A stretch of 63,689 nucleotides of DNA, the filler included, from Choristocarpus tenellus KU-1152 (taxonomy: Eukaryota > Protista > Phaeophyceae): the NCBI GenBank assembly GCA_964200185.2. It is 13 parts of 13 records of this genome, joined end to end, with 100 filler letters (N's around TTAATTAATTAA, not from the genome) between each part and the next. Parts side by side here need not be neighbours in the genome. Positions count along the whole stretch, not along the records: positions 49,949 to 54,966 come from CAXNAD020012147.1; positions 55,067 to 61,014 come from CAXNAD020009340.1; positions 61,115 to 63,689 come from CAXNAD020026623.1; 10 more parts are not named here. One strand, 5' to 3'. The notes under the pieces are model-generated. The model did no database searches, was not told the DNA's origin, and worked only from the letters and a program-made list of their open reading frames with translations. Of the stretch, positions 51,159 through 63,689 are shown piece after piece. Within the stretch, counting starts at the first letter, position 1; each line of letters opens with the position of its first letter. The position numbers and the translations under genes were made by a program.

Positions 51159-54100
51159 ATTAATATTGATAATGGCTGGAAATAAATGGCACACGGAGCA
51201 TACACTGCCTCTGCAGAGAGGTAGCAGCCCTGTCCAACTAGGACACTTGAGGGTTGAAGAAGAACTTCCCTTGAACATCGGGTGGAAGTTCAGGTGTTGG
51301 CAGAGGAGGGGTGGTGCAACCCAGGATGAGAGAGGGCATGGAGAAGTCAGCACAAAGCTGAAGTGGGCTCCTTCAAGCTGACTTACACCTTGCCTTCAAG
51401 TGGGTGATGAGAGAAGTGGGATCAATGACACGCTTCAGTGCTAGTGAATGAGGGCTTCCTCCTCACCACATGCAATCAATGCTTGCCTGCCATATTTTGG
51501 GCACTCCCACTTCACAGGCAGTATTTACACAGAGGGTATCTTCTATTCACCTGGGAATATTGCTACACCGGTAGGTATTAGATTGGACCTTGTTGCTACA
51601 TCGGAACTTCCTGTCTTTACATCTAGCATCTGGTTCAAGGTGGACATATGGCATGATGCCAAGAATGTCAAGAGGGAACCGGACACCTCAAAACTGGAGG
51701 AGTCCAGTTACAGGTGCTTGGTGCAGCCAGAGCCATTTTTCTAGAGCTGGCATTCACAGTGCTTTGTCCAAGTGGTTGAAGAGTACTGCTGCATTTTTCG
51801 TCATTGGTTACTTGTTTCTCGTCATTTTATTAATCGTATCACAATTACTGCTATGCCGATTATGCACCTTGTTCAGAGGGGCCGTATTTCTTCATCGTAC
51901 TACTACTGTGACCTCTCTATCCAAAGCAGTCTCTGTTGGTCACCGATCACCGTTGCGTTCGATGTACCTTCTATCCTCCCCTCCAATGGCATCGCAAGGA
52001 TGTCACTGGGCATCCAATAATAATAGTAGTAGCAGCAGCAGTAGTAGTACTCTACTGAAACGTCTGTTTCAAAATCATAAGAAAACCCTCCTTTACAAAC
52101 CCACACAGTCATATATTCTTCAGCCTTTCTCCTCAAACAACAACAAAACATGTGCCGACACTCGAAATGAGTTAATCAAAATTGCCTGAGTTGATCTACT
52201 TTGAGCCTTGAGTCCTACTGGTTCATAGCACAAATACTTAGAGAATGGGCTCTCACGTTACGTCTGAAGAGGAACAAACAGTGGAAGGACCAAGAAGGTT
52301 GGCTGACTCTGACTACACCTTACCAGCAACGCCTATCGATGAAAAAAAATCCTCAAGTACAAATATGTGGCATTATTCTGTGGCACTCCAGAGCCTATTG
52401 CTCCAGAGCAGTGAAGAGTCACCAGTACAAGACGACCATAACGAGACACATCAACCGTGCTGCACCATAAGTTAATATTTTCACAATATATCTACCAGCA
52501 AAGAGCGTTCCTTACAACCATTCCCCCAACTTGCCCCTGCTCCCATCCACCACTTTCCATAGACACTTTCCACCATAGAGTACAACTCACTTACCTCAAT
52601 GGATAGCCTGGTGAACGCCTTGAGGTTAGTAAGCAGTCCCAGCTGATCCATCTCCATTGTGTGAAATGCTTGCATTGTCTCCATGATCAAAACACATCTC
52701 GCAATCCCCTCTATATGCCCCACTGGTGATTTTGTGTGTGTACGCGTGTGTGTGTTTGTTGCTAATTGTCCAGCCCCCAGAGGTGTTGATTGACATCCCA
52801 AGAGAGAGTGTCCGGGACAAAACAAAAAGGGTTAAGAACAAAACAAAAAGCGCAGCAGGGCAGGGGATTGGATAGGGGAAAAATGGAAGCAGCACAAGGT
52901 CAAGTGAGAATGGGGGCAGTCTTTGCTTACTCTTGTATCGCAATCTCACGAGAAATAATGGGCATGGTACATAGTCACAGACTTGTGTAAGCGAATCCAC
53001 CTGTGCTTTGATTTGAACACCAAAAACACCCTGTGAATCTCTTCCCATACAAGAGTATTTTTTCTCACAAGGAACATATTGTGGAGGCTGGAATATTGTC
53101 TCTTGCAGCCAATTACCCCAATCCATTACCCGCATGTGGAACAGCCCGAAAATAGTCCCAAAGATATTATGTGCCTTAATCCAACGGAAATTCTCCCCCT
53201 CTTCAATCCCTCCGAGGCCCTGGGTGCTACCTCTCCCGAAAGCAATGTCTCTACCTCCTCGAGGCAGCATTCCGTTGTCACACCAAGCCTACTTTGGAGC
53301 ACGAGGACTCACAGACTCGCTTGGACCAAAGCTGACTACCTTTTCTTTCAGACGCCTTACCTAAGACAGTTACTCTGCTGCAAATGTGGCAAGCAAATAG
53401 ATGTCATCTGGAGCGACATCGGGACAAGCCGCATTCGCTGCTGCAACCAAGTCTGTGAAATTTTCCCAACTCCTGTAAGGCAGTTAGTGGGGCACATGCC
53501 GAAGTGAGGAACGACAAAGTCAGAAACCAAACCTGTCAACCACCACTGATATCTCTGCAGGTGGCACTTCTCGCCCCTTCAAGGATAAGGCGATAGACCC
53601 TAGGTCCGAAGAAAACTACAGGAACGTATCGATTCCACGACTAGAGGGGATTGAGGGGATTTGCACCAATCACAGGTAACGAGGAAAGGACAAGCACAAG
53701 GTTTCAGTACTATCTACTAATCGTCTCCAATCCAAGGATGAAGTAAATCCACCTTTGTTATCCACCTGCTCATCAGAGTTGAAGAGCTGAGTTCCTTGAC
53801 CAGAAGGGGAGGAAGAGACAATGCCCCCCTTCAAATCACTACTCAGGATCGATCCCGTCCCACACATTCACATCTTCACCGCAAGGACGTGTCCAGGTGA
53901 GTCTCTGATCTAGAGCTCCATCCACTCCATTGTAGTGTAGGATCTTATTTATGTTTTGGGTTAGTGGAGAAATCGAGGGAATCCAAGAATGTCAAATTCT
54001 TTGGATACCTCGCCACACACGCCTCATTTACTTGAGCACCCTGAAACCGCACGATAATCATACAACTATATACATGTTCATGGTCATCACTTGGAAAGAC

Positions 54101-54828
54101 GGCTAGAGGCTGAGGGAGTCAAAGACATGTAGGGTCCATCAAAACCTTCCTACTGGTGCGTGTGGATTCAACCCGGCCACCTCTTTGAAGTCTTCCAAGA
54201 GGAATTAGGATCACAGGTGAGTGAGTGACCAGAAAAATCCAGTGTTTGTTTGATTGACATATTTGCTGAATGAAGATAGGAATCATCACTGTGGGTACCT
54301 TGAATAGGATCTCCATGAGTTAGGCGAAGCGCCCCAGTGGCGGGCCTTGTTCGTGCAGATGATCGTGATTGGCTGACTCACGATCAAGCCTAACCATTAC
54401 TCTATATGTGATCATATTTTTCTCACTCCGTACCTCCTTGGTACGAAGTACTCACTGTCACCCTCACTCACCAAGCACCCTCGTATCCCACGAAAGAGAA
54501 GGGCAAAGTTTAACCCAGATGGTCTTATCAACTATTGCCATGGGTGAGACTCGCCAGAGGGTTGATTAGCCGCCTCGCCTCAAGCAGTGGGACCGAACGG
54601 CTTTGTAGCGATCAATTACAACTGTCGTCTTGTACGTTCTTGCCACGTGTCGAAGCGCTCAAGTATTGCCAGGGAAGACCAAAAATCGGCATTCGTTGTG
54701 TAATCACTATTGGTATTTTGGTTTCCTTTCCCCAAGTAATACTCGACAATAATAATGCGTATCACGGAATGACTATAATGTTTGACTCCCATGACTTTCG
54801 ACTCAAACCTTCCTGCCTCTTTGTAGGC

Positions 54829-54905
54829 ATGACGTCAATAGCCTGGTTCGTATGGCTCGTCTTTTTCTGGCTGAGTCAGATCGTGCCCATTGAGGCAACA
54901 GGGAG
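54829..54905 (+). CDS. Possible first coding exon with a signal peptide (MTSIAWFVWLVFFWLSQIVPIEATG)
   Basis: ATG just after a polypyrimidine-TAG acceptor, a hydrophobic core, and a GT donor downstream. Confidence 0.3.
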
Positions 54906-55159
54906 GTGGGCTCGGAACACTGTTCAAGTGGTCCGTTCCTGCGACTTCTATTACAGGTAGTGTGCANNNNNNNNNNNNNNNNNNNNNNNNNNNNNNNNNN
55001 NNNNNNNNNNTTAATTAATTAANNNNNNNNNNNNNNNNNNNNNNNNNNNNNNNNNNNNNNNNNNNNGGGGGCGGCGGGCGGCCCCGTCGGGGCATTTACG
55101 GTGCCTGCATAAACCAAACGAAATAAACAGGAGGGATGGGTTAAACCTACGCCACACAG

Positions 55160-56637
55160 CTTGGGTGAAGAGAAGAGGAGGTTCATTGAGGCAAAGTACG
55201 CATGGAGGGGCTTTGTACAGGGAAAGGAAAGCCAAAACCACTCTTACAAGGGCACCCACAATGGTGTGGTCGATGGCCGTGACAGAGGGCTTTCTACTAT
55301 TGGGTCAGGCGGTGGTACTGCAGGACCTGGGGCAGGGGCTCTGGCGGTGGCTGGGGTGGGGTGGGGAGGGGTGGGAAATAGTATAGAGGGTGGGGGAGAT
55401 AATATGGAGATGTGGTCGAAGCGGTTATCCGAGTGTGGGAGTAGGGGGGATCTTGCTGGCGCAGTGGAGGCTTTGGCACATGGTGAGGCATTTTGTTGTT
55501 ATTTGGGGTTGGGGTTGGGGTTGGGGTTGGGGTTGAGGTTGTGCAAAGGGAGTGTGGTAACTGCAATTTTATTGTGATTGTTGGTTTTTGTAGTATGGAG
55601 TACAGGGAACTGTTTGGAGGGACGATGCGGAGGTGGAAGGAAGACCAGTGTACTGGAAGTAAGGGGTGGTAGTGAGGCGTGCTTGCCTTGTATGGTGAGC
55701 ACATTTCCTTGATACCACGCCATGTGCACGTATGTATCTATGTATCCTTATATCCACATGTATCTATACATATAGTGTGCCACTAGTCGCTGCTGATTTC
55801 TTAACAGGGGGGATGTTGCTTGAACTGGCTCATTTTGCAACAATCACATCACTTAACCCTAACCCTAGCTCCTGATGTGTTTTGGTTTTATTTGATGGAG
55901 GTGCTTGTATGGTATGGTTGAATTTTTGAGGTGGAGGTGGAGTGGAGCTGTGCTCTACTTGAGCTCACATCCAGTTTGATTCTTATGCTTAGGGTTAGGG
56001 TTAGGAAGGGTATTATTATCTGGTTGGCAGAAGAGGGATGGGCACTGTTTCTTCTCTGTGGGGTTTGGATTGCCGAAGGAGGAATAATGACGGTCAGTGC
56101 GTTACAGGGTTGGGATCATTTGTGCCAGCAGTATGCAGGATTGACATGGTACTGGCATGGCTAGGGGTGTTTGAGGTTTGTGCGGATATGTGTAAAGGAT
56201 GACAGGTGAGGCTTAGTACAATAGTATATGTTGAAAGTGTTTGGTAATTGCAAGGTTTGGTTGTAAAAGGTTGCTTAATATATATATATATATACATGTG
56301 TTTTATTGTGATTGTGTGTTTTTGAGAGGTTATGATGTTTGAGGTATGCATCGTTTGCAAGAGGTTGACTAATTTGGGCGTAAAGAAGGATAGAGGGGTA
56401 ACATGACAGTTCTTTTCACAGTGGTGGTGGTACTGCTGCCAGACTTGCCACGGGTATAAGCAGTTGTTTTTGGTTTGTGACTACCAAGTCTTGGTGGTTT
56501 GGTTTGTCTCCGCTGCTGAGAGTTTCACAATGGGGTCACAATGAGATCACAATAGTTTTGTGTTTTGGGAAGAGTCCTCTCTGGGAAGGTTACTTGCTGA
56601 AGGAACGGTGGGGTTTTGCTGTATCCTTGTCGGTTTC

Positions 56638-56679
<42 letters not shown>

Positions 56680-56718
56680 TTTTTTGGTTTATTGTTGGTT
56701 TTTTTTTTTAGTTGGACG

Positions 56719-56772
<54 letters not shown>

Positions 56773-57289
56773 CGATGGCGTAGGACTACTCAGGATCGAA
56801 GGAGGGTTGTTTCAGTAAGCAGCAGCTTTCTTGATTGTTGTTGTGCGTTTGGTCTTGCCTATGTCATCAGGGATTGTTTTGGTGTTTTGGGGGGAAGGGA
56901 GAGGTCAAACATACTACACACTGCCACTTAATGAGTTGTACATGTGTACGTTTTTTGCATTGGTGGTTTATGGTATTTTTTAAAAATGTTTTTATTCTTC
57001 TCAGGCGGACTGTATTTGTTAGTAGTGAGAGAGAGAGCACTGGGTTGGTATTGGACTGCGGTGTCACCGACAACGCGAATGCCTGATAGTATTTGAGACC
57101 ATCCCCTCCGTATAGCTATTTGACGTGCGTTGATGCATGTGTCTGTGACTCAGTGACCTCTTTTCTTGATCATCTTGCTCTCTCCGTCTGAATCTGCGAT
57201 TTGGGTCAAGGTGCAAACCCCCGTTGGGCCGATCCTGATAACAATAATATGACCGCGTTGCATTGTGCTGCGCTATCGGGAGACCTCGG
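55160..57289 (+). CDS. ArfGAP plus ankyrin-repeat protein (ACAP/centaurin-beta/AGD type), partial. Exons 55160-55482 and 57211-57289
   Basis: EEKRRFIEAKYAWRGF (end of ArfGAP), GDLAGAVEALAH|GANPRWADPDNNNMTALHCAALSGDL (ankyrin); phase-1 splice. Confidence 0.8.
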
Positions 57290-57749
57290 GTAAGCCTCTC
57301 CCTCTTGTCTGGCAGAGCGATCGATTGGGGAAATTATACATACATACATACTTACATATGTGTGTGCATGTGTGTATATGTGGGTCCAACCTTGCGTCTG
57401 AGGGCCCGGTATATGTCCCTTTGCGTTAAAATGATAAGAGAACTAAGTTTGTGTAACAAGGGGGTAACTGACAGTGATGTTGATGCATGGTGTTTGGTGT
57501 TGGAAGGGATGGTTCTACGTGTGTATGTGTGTATTATTGCGAGCCTGCGTTGACACTGTTTGGAACAAATGGGTAGGGTAGCCTGGATCGCACAGGCGAG
57601 ATGTAAGTCTGGGGGACTACTACCCACTTTGCAGATGCAGCTATGCACTGGAGATTATTTGTAGTTCAGGGCTAAACGCAGGGTGAGTTATATATGTGGT
57701 GACTTAATTTTGTTCAGTCCTGATTAATCACTCCTGTTTTTTTTTTGTG

Positions 57750-60130
57750 GAAATACCTTGTGGCGTCTGTCGGCTGAGCTTAGGTGCTGTGAGTTCCTCA
57801 TCCAAAATGGTGCTGATGTTCGAGCCCTGGATATTTACCAGTGCAATCCGCTGGATGTTGCTGTTCTTGCGAACAAGGTACGGTCTGAGGATAGCACATG
57901 ATGCTCTGGGATGGTGTGTGATTGTGGTGTTTGGAAGAGGTGGCTTACTGTGATGTTGCAGGGTCGTTTGAGCCTTGATGTGACGCGTCTTTCGCTCTTT
58001 GAACATTGTGGTAGGGGTACTTGGTGATGATGTTTTGAACTGAATCCAATGTATTACATGAGTTTTATCAATACATTTGGCAAGTGGGCAATGGGAAGAG
58101 GTTGCTGTTGACGGACGACCTGTGCCTTTTCCGAACCCTCTTACTCTGGGGTGATGAACGTAGCCTGTGGGCTTGAACTCTAGGGTGAAAATAACTTGCA
58201 CCACCTGCTATGGTTATACTTGATAGCGGTATAATGCACTTAATGCCCACACTAGGCAGGAGATGTAACTGAAGACCATTTCAAGTAGTGATTCCCCTCT
58301 CCCCCATCAAACCACCACTTCCAGAAATCACAGTTGACTCTTTCAGGCCCAGCCAAATGATGCACCCCTAGCCACTGCCCTTACTTCAGCTTCAGTATCT
58401 TGTCCACCATGCCCAAGGCTCACAATGACCTTCCCAACGGTTCCTTCCCCTGCCTGTCCCTGTTTTTACTGTGCTTATCTTGTCACATTGTTGATGTTAT
58501 CCCGCTGTCTCCATCGCTTGTTGACTCAATTCTAATCACCTTTGTTTTTTTTTGGGGGGGGGGATTGCTGTCGACCCCCTTTATCCACTGCCTACGCACA
58601 ACTTCGCTGTGGATTCATTGTGGGTAGGTCCCAGCAGTGGAGTACTTCTCCTGCAAGATGGATATGCTGGAGCGCTGATTTGTTAGTTATAGATATGCCT
58701 GTTTACTGTTGAGGCATGTGTGTTTGTATGTGTGTGTGTGTGGTGATATGTGTAGATCTATGCTGCTTTCAGATCTGGTGGATGCTCTTTGGGTGCAGCC
58801 GTTTGTGGGTGTGTCGAAGTGGCGTACTCCTACCTCCATGCCTCTCCCCGTCCAACACCCCCCCCCACACCTGACCCTCCAATCAAGCACACCCCCAGGA
58901 GTTGGTAAATGTTGCCCATGCAACTATTGGAGAAGGGTTTGAGAGTGGGGGAGGGGATCAGTGATGATTTATTATATGTAACCGACAGACGTGAGAGGTG
59001 GGATTTTTGACACTTCATCTGATGACAGGATGTGTTGAACTAGTATTGTATTTGGGGCGTTTCTAGGGTTGGACCTTTCTGCACGGTCTGATCTGAGATC
59101 AGCAACTATTTCTATGATCCAGTCTGAGCTCTGACCTGGTTGCCCAAGTTGGTGTTTGTCAAAGTTGCAGTCTTGGGACACTGGAGTTTGTGAAAGGTCC
59201 AGTCCAGACCACGATCAGGTTACGAATGCATGTGAAAAATCCTATCCCTGGCCAGCAACTTTTCTACATCTCCGTTTTAAGAACAAACTCCAGCAACACC
59301 TGATGAGGTGTGGCGTGGCGACCCCTAGTGAGACAGCAACCCTTTTCCACCCACTGTTGCTGGCTTGAAAATGACATGGCGTGGAAGATGGCCCGGAAAA
59401 ATAAGAAGTGTTGCTGTTGGTAGGTTCGGTTCAGGAAGGTATTGTTTGAACGATGGAAATTGTTGAAAATATATGCACATGATTGGTTACACATGCCGTT
59501 AATTCCTGAATTGAAATACTGGTCTGACCTCTCTCAACTGGGGCTGTCAGGCTGGGCCGGGTTGGTTAGGTGCTTGATGTGTTCTGCTACCACTGGTGCA
59601 ATCCAGTATTTAGAGATCATATACTGACTACTGTGATGATGCATGGTCCAAGGAAAAGGGCTCTCATGCATACACGTCACAGTGACTACTGTATTATGTT
59701 ATCGTTGTCCTTCTGGAAATATTGTTTACATTATGATGTTTGACTTACAGTCTGATCCACAAAGCCAGGACTGAATCATATGGAGGGTTTGAGGTGGATG
59801 TATTTTCCCAAAACTGGCGCGGTGTAAGATCTTTTTTCTGAAAAATTTGGTCTGACAGTGTCCCAGTTTCACATACACTATTAACAGTGTTTGCGAATGA
59901 TTTCGTCTAGACCACAACCTGTCTCTTTTGTGCTTGTGAAATGTCCAGTCCCAACTTCCAATCTGGAAAACGTTTCCATGGTTCGGTTTTTTGTCTTGAC
60001 TGCAGTCTGGTTGAAAGTCCTTTGCTGTGCGTATACTGCTCTTTCTTGCAGGTAGTGAGGAAATACATGCAGTCCTTGGAAGAATGGTGTGTGATGGAGG
60101 GTGTTTGATGAGGTTGTTGTAATGGTTTGC
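57750..60130 (-). mobile_element. Probable decayed DIRS/Ngaro-type (tyrosine recombinase) retroelement downstream of the last visible ArfGAP exon, presumably intronic
   Basis: VQHILSSD..SHLSRL at about 58990-59040 resembles the RNase H motif HI.S..N..AD.LSR. Downstream, AIKY..IAGGASYFH..HPRVRGFGK resembles the YR N-terminal domain. Very degenerate. Confidence 0.35.
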
Positions 60131-61435
60131 ACATGAGAATTGTTTACTGCCTAGTACAGCCCATCCCTATGATTGGCAGGGTAATGCACTATTGTTATTT
60201 GTTGTTGTCCAGTATGTCAGTGATTTATTTTATAGTAGTACATTCAATACTGTAGAGGGGCAGCCATGTATGATTGATGATGTGTATGTACTCTTCTAGT
60301 ACTGTAATACCTAAGAGTCGCAAGGGGCTTGCGGATGGTGATTATAAAGCGGTACTGGATGTCCGGTAGTACAACTACTGGCGGAGAGATGGAGTACTCC
60401 CTTTCGTACAAAACGTTACATGGTGACAGTAGGTGGTATTAGTGCTGGGGGGGAAATTGAGAAATTAGTTGTATTGTTTGCTTTGATCTACTATGTGTGG
60501 TGCAAGCAGGTACCATGGTAGATCTATCCATGTCCATCCTTTTTTCCTTTGTTTTTTGAATGAGGAATGTTTGACACTCGCTCTATGTGGGATAATGTTT
60601 TGTTTTGATGGAACATCAATCTCTGTAGGAGGAAAGGGCACAACCAGTGCTCAGAATGTGGTACAACATGACTGACCTCATCTTCACAATTAAATCATGA
60701 TAATAAACTTTTAATGGAGAGAGAGAGAAGACTGCATGTAAATTAGTTTCTTTTTATTCTGCTTCTTACCTCAACAACAATCTTGCTTCTTGAAACATGA
60801 GACTAACGTTTTCCTTCAACCACCCTGCCCGAAACAAAGCATTACAATAAAAGTTCATGCTAGTATTACGATGCGATTAACAACGCGCGTGCTTAAAAAA
60901 TAATTGATTTCACAAGAGTGAGTGCCAAGGAATTTGACAGAAGGAAAAAGTGCCCCTACAAACAGCTGATCACCAAAATTGAGGATGGAGCATACTATGG
61001 AGGATGAGTTTGACNNNNNNNNNNNNNNNNNNNNNNNNNNNNNNNNNNNNNNNNNNNNTTAATTAATTAANNNNNNNNNNNNNNNNNNNNNNNNNNNNNN
61101 NNNNNNNNNNNNNNTTTAAGGGGGGGGGGGGGGCGGGGGGGGGTTGCATTCTTACTTCCCGTTGCCTAGCTTTGTCTGTCTTTCTCAGTATTTTTTATTG
61201 CTTTGTTGTGCACTTGTTTTTTATATTCCTATGCGCAACAATTACAACAATTACAACAGTTACACTGCTTGTTGTCTCCGCCCCCCTCAACTCCTCTTCT
61301 CATTCCTGATTTCTTATTTCTTCCACACTGTGTTGATGTTGATGTTGATGTTACCGCTGTTGACTCTTTTCTTGTATTCAAGAGCATGAGGTGGATTGTG
61401 CATTTTTCGAGAGATCCTCTGTAGAAGGGCACTTT

Positions 61436-61610
61436 TTTTGTTGGCATTACTCTGGCATTACTCTTACTATGGTACTGCTGTAATCTTTTTGTTGGCATTA
61501 CATTTACTCTTACTATGGTTCTGCTGTAATCTTTTTGTTGGCATTACTCTTACTCTTACTATGGTTCTACTGTAATCTTCGTGGTGTCATCTCTCTTACT
61601 ATGGTACTGC
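61436..61610. repeat. About 45-50 bp tandem repeat, about 3.5 copies
   Basis: TTTTTGTTGGCATTAC...CTCTTACTATGGT.CTGCTGTAATC is repeated. Confidence 0.85.
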
Positions 61611-63151
61611 TAGGATGTACTCGGTATGTAGGCACTACTATAAATATTAGTATCATATTCGTAGCGTAGACGAAATGCAAGGGTAAGAGCACTGTACACT
61701 CCTCTGCTATTCCGTGATGCCCATTTCATGTGAGAGCAGGTGGGTTTCAGTGATTTTTTCAAATATAAAGAAAAGAATCCGCCTAAAACGAATTGAACAT
61801 ACATATATATTTTTATTATTTTATTATGACTCACTTTTGTCCTGAGAGCGAGACAGATTCTTACGGCAGTATGACAGTAATGTAAGAGTACAACAAAGTT
61901 TTTAACAACACACACTGTGGCTACTGTAGGCACTCTTTTTAGCATACACATTAGAGCCGGTTCAATAACCCACCCCACAAAAGCTTCCATTGCGATCAAG
62001 CTCTCAAGCTGCGGTGAATTAGGCAATGCACAAGGTGTGCAAATTGTTCCCTTGACACACCCTGGTGGATATTGAATTGAATGGAAAGTATTGCTGGGAA
62101 GTTATAGTCGAGTGGGGCCTTGGATGGGTGGATGGACTGCAGGTACTCTTGAAGGTTGACCACATGTGAATGAGTGTCTGTTTTGTCCATACTAATTGAC
62201 TAGTATGGATGGAGGTGGAGTCCTTATTGTCTTGAATTGAAGTATTTTTCCACTGAAATTGGTTGAGTTTGGGGGGTTGAAATTGAGAGGAAGGGTTGGT
62301 CTTGATATGCCTTTGAAAGGGACTACTGCTCTGGCCTGTCGTAGTGAGTGTGAGTATTTTTTCTGACAATTCTGTGAGATTCAATTTTCTTGTCATTATT
62401 GTTAACATTATGGCAAGTGCATTGACCTATTTTTTTGTTGTCCAAGTTTCAAGATATATCAGCCCGGTCCTCTGTAGTTGGTGATCCTTGAACTCTCTGA
62501 AGAATGCATTTATTAAGGGCGTTCCATCCCAGGCAGACCAGCTTGTACTTACAGTACTATTTTTGTAAGTGCATCTGTACACAATACTACTTCTGTCTTC
62601 CCACTGTTGCTTGCATGTGAGTGCACGATGCACGATGCCAACGGGATGATTGAAAACTCTTCTGTACCACAAGGCGCGGATGTCTTTGTCCCTTTATCTG
62701 TTTCTATCATGACAGGTAAAGAGCAAAACGGCAGTTCATTGGACAGAACACTAGAGGCATTTGTCTGTTCACATGTTCAGGGTAGGCACATTGTGCATAC
62801 TGTTTCTGGTAGACATTGCAGCTCTTGTGCATACTGTTCTTGAGTTAAGAACGGCGTTTGCAAGAGCTATTTAATTAATTATACCAACATCAACATCAAC
62901 ATCAACATCTCTCTGCCCACAGATCTGTACTACTGAAGAATAATAGCGCCATCATTGCACTGGCATCAATTGTCCCATATCAGGATGTGCAAGGTTTCTG
63001 TCTAACACACCACACCATTCAGCATCGGTATTACCACTGTAAAGCACAGTTTACTCTGCTAACCAGGATCGGGTCTAGCGCTAGATGACATAGGATCAAA
63101 TACACTTATTTCAACCTAACCTTGACCATACCGCTCCCCCCTGACTCTTAC

Positions 63152-63493
63152 ATGGTGATCTCCCAGCTCTGCCATGCGGACTTTCTTCAAGCTCTTCCTA
63201 CAGGAGCAGCGTGAGCTCCCAGCCTCCTCCAACCCTGGTGGCCTCCGTCGGAATGGCTCTGCCCATATCCCCAACAGGGCTCCTGGACCTGCCATTAGTG
63301 TAGGGGGTGGAAACGTAGTTGGTGTGGGTGATGCTGGGACTGGTAGTGTAGGTGGGGGAGGGGATGAGAGGGAGGAGGGGGGTGTTGGAGGCAGCAATGG
63401 AGGGGAAGCAGGAGAAGGGCTGCTCCGGGGAGCACAATTCTTGCTATCGAGCAAACGCAACCGTTCAGGGAAACCCAGGGCAACGATGTTTAT
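63152..63493 (-). CDS. Internal exon of an unidentified protein with a Pro-rich insert
   Basis: 342-nt open exon bounded by CTCCAG| and |GTAAG: INIVALGFPERLRLLDS...LKKVRMAELGDHH. Confidence 0.5.
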
Positions 63494-63689
63494 CTGGAGT
63501 AAGGCAGGGGTGTGGAAGGTGGGCGCTGCTAGTGTGTTTGTATAGGTATTTGTATTGCGGACACAATTGATGTGGTTGTTTCTGTGTTGATAAGAGGTGA
63601 CCATCTGCTGTGTGACATCTTAATTCCCTCCCCCCCCATTTCTCCCACTTACATGAAGCATCCTTCCCGATTCATGCACCACTCCTAGG

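Noticed and set aside
50660-51780. LVMDGFNVMD resembling a D.FH transposase motif, interrupted by MITE D
   Set aside because: Looks like decayed coding DNA, but there are no supporting motifs.
56477-56931. Poly-Phe ORFs; likewise poly-Pro ORFs at 2554-3120
   Set aside because: Homopolymer tracts, probably with unreliable lengths.
62430-62600. SIVYRCTY...FREFKDH as a Penelope GIY-YIG endonuclease
   Set aside because: The YIG motif and Cys pairs are absent; evidence is insufficient.

Overview
Eukaryotic, intron-rich genomic DNA, most likely from a brown alga (Phaeophyceae). This is inferred from a mannuronan C5-epimerase-like gene, stramenopile-type AMPK-gamma and SGT-like TPR exons, and scattered CCCTAA motifs. 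The window is not a continuous locus: it is 13 short contigs joined by an artificial 100-bp spacer (44 N + TTAATTAATTAA + 44 N), so adjacency across spacers is meaningless and most genes are partial. Genes reconstructed by hand from spliced exons, many not evident from the ORF track: EDRF1-like, a TPR protein with a GC-AG intron, AMPK gamma/SNF4, UTP25 head-to-head with a probable plastid-targeted or secreted protein, PhoD phosphatase, a CAP/SCP protein, mannuronan C5-epimerase, and ArfGAP-ankyrin. The rest is dominated by decayed transposons: Copia, RLE-type non-LTR and a probable DIRS/Ngaro element. The most coherent accessory system is an intron-containing Sola2-like transposase relic (33.4-36.0 kb) together with a clan of about 12 MITE copies in four subfamilies that share a G(A/G)N(T/C)(C/G)AAAGTA terminus; the main subfamily mostly has 4-bp target duplications. 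Also notable are an 89-bp tandem array of double-hairpin units and a CpG-decay signature in repeats. All protein assignments are by motif recognition, not database search.
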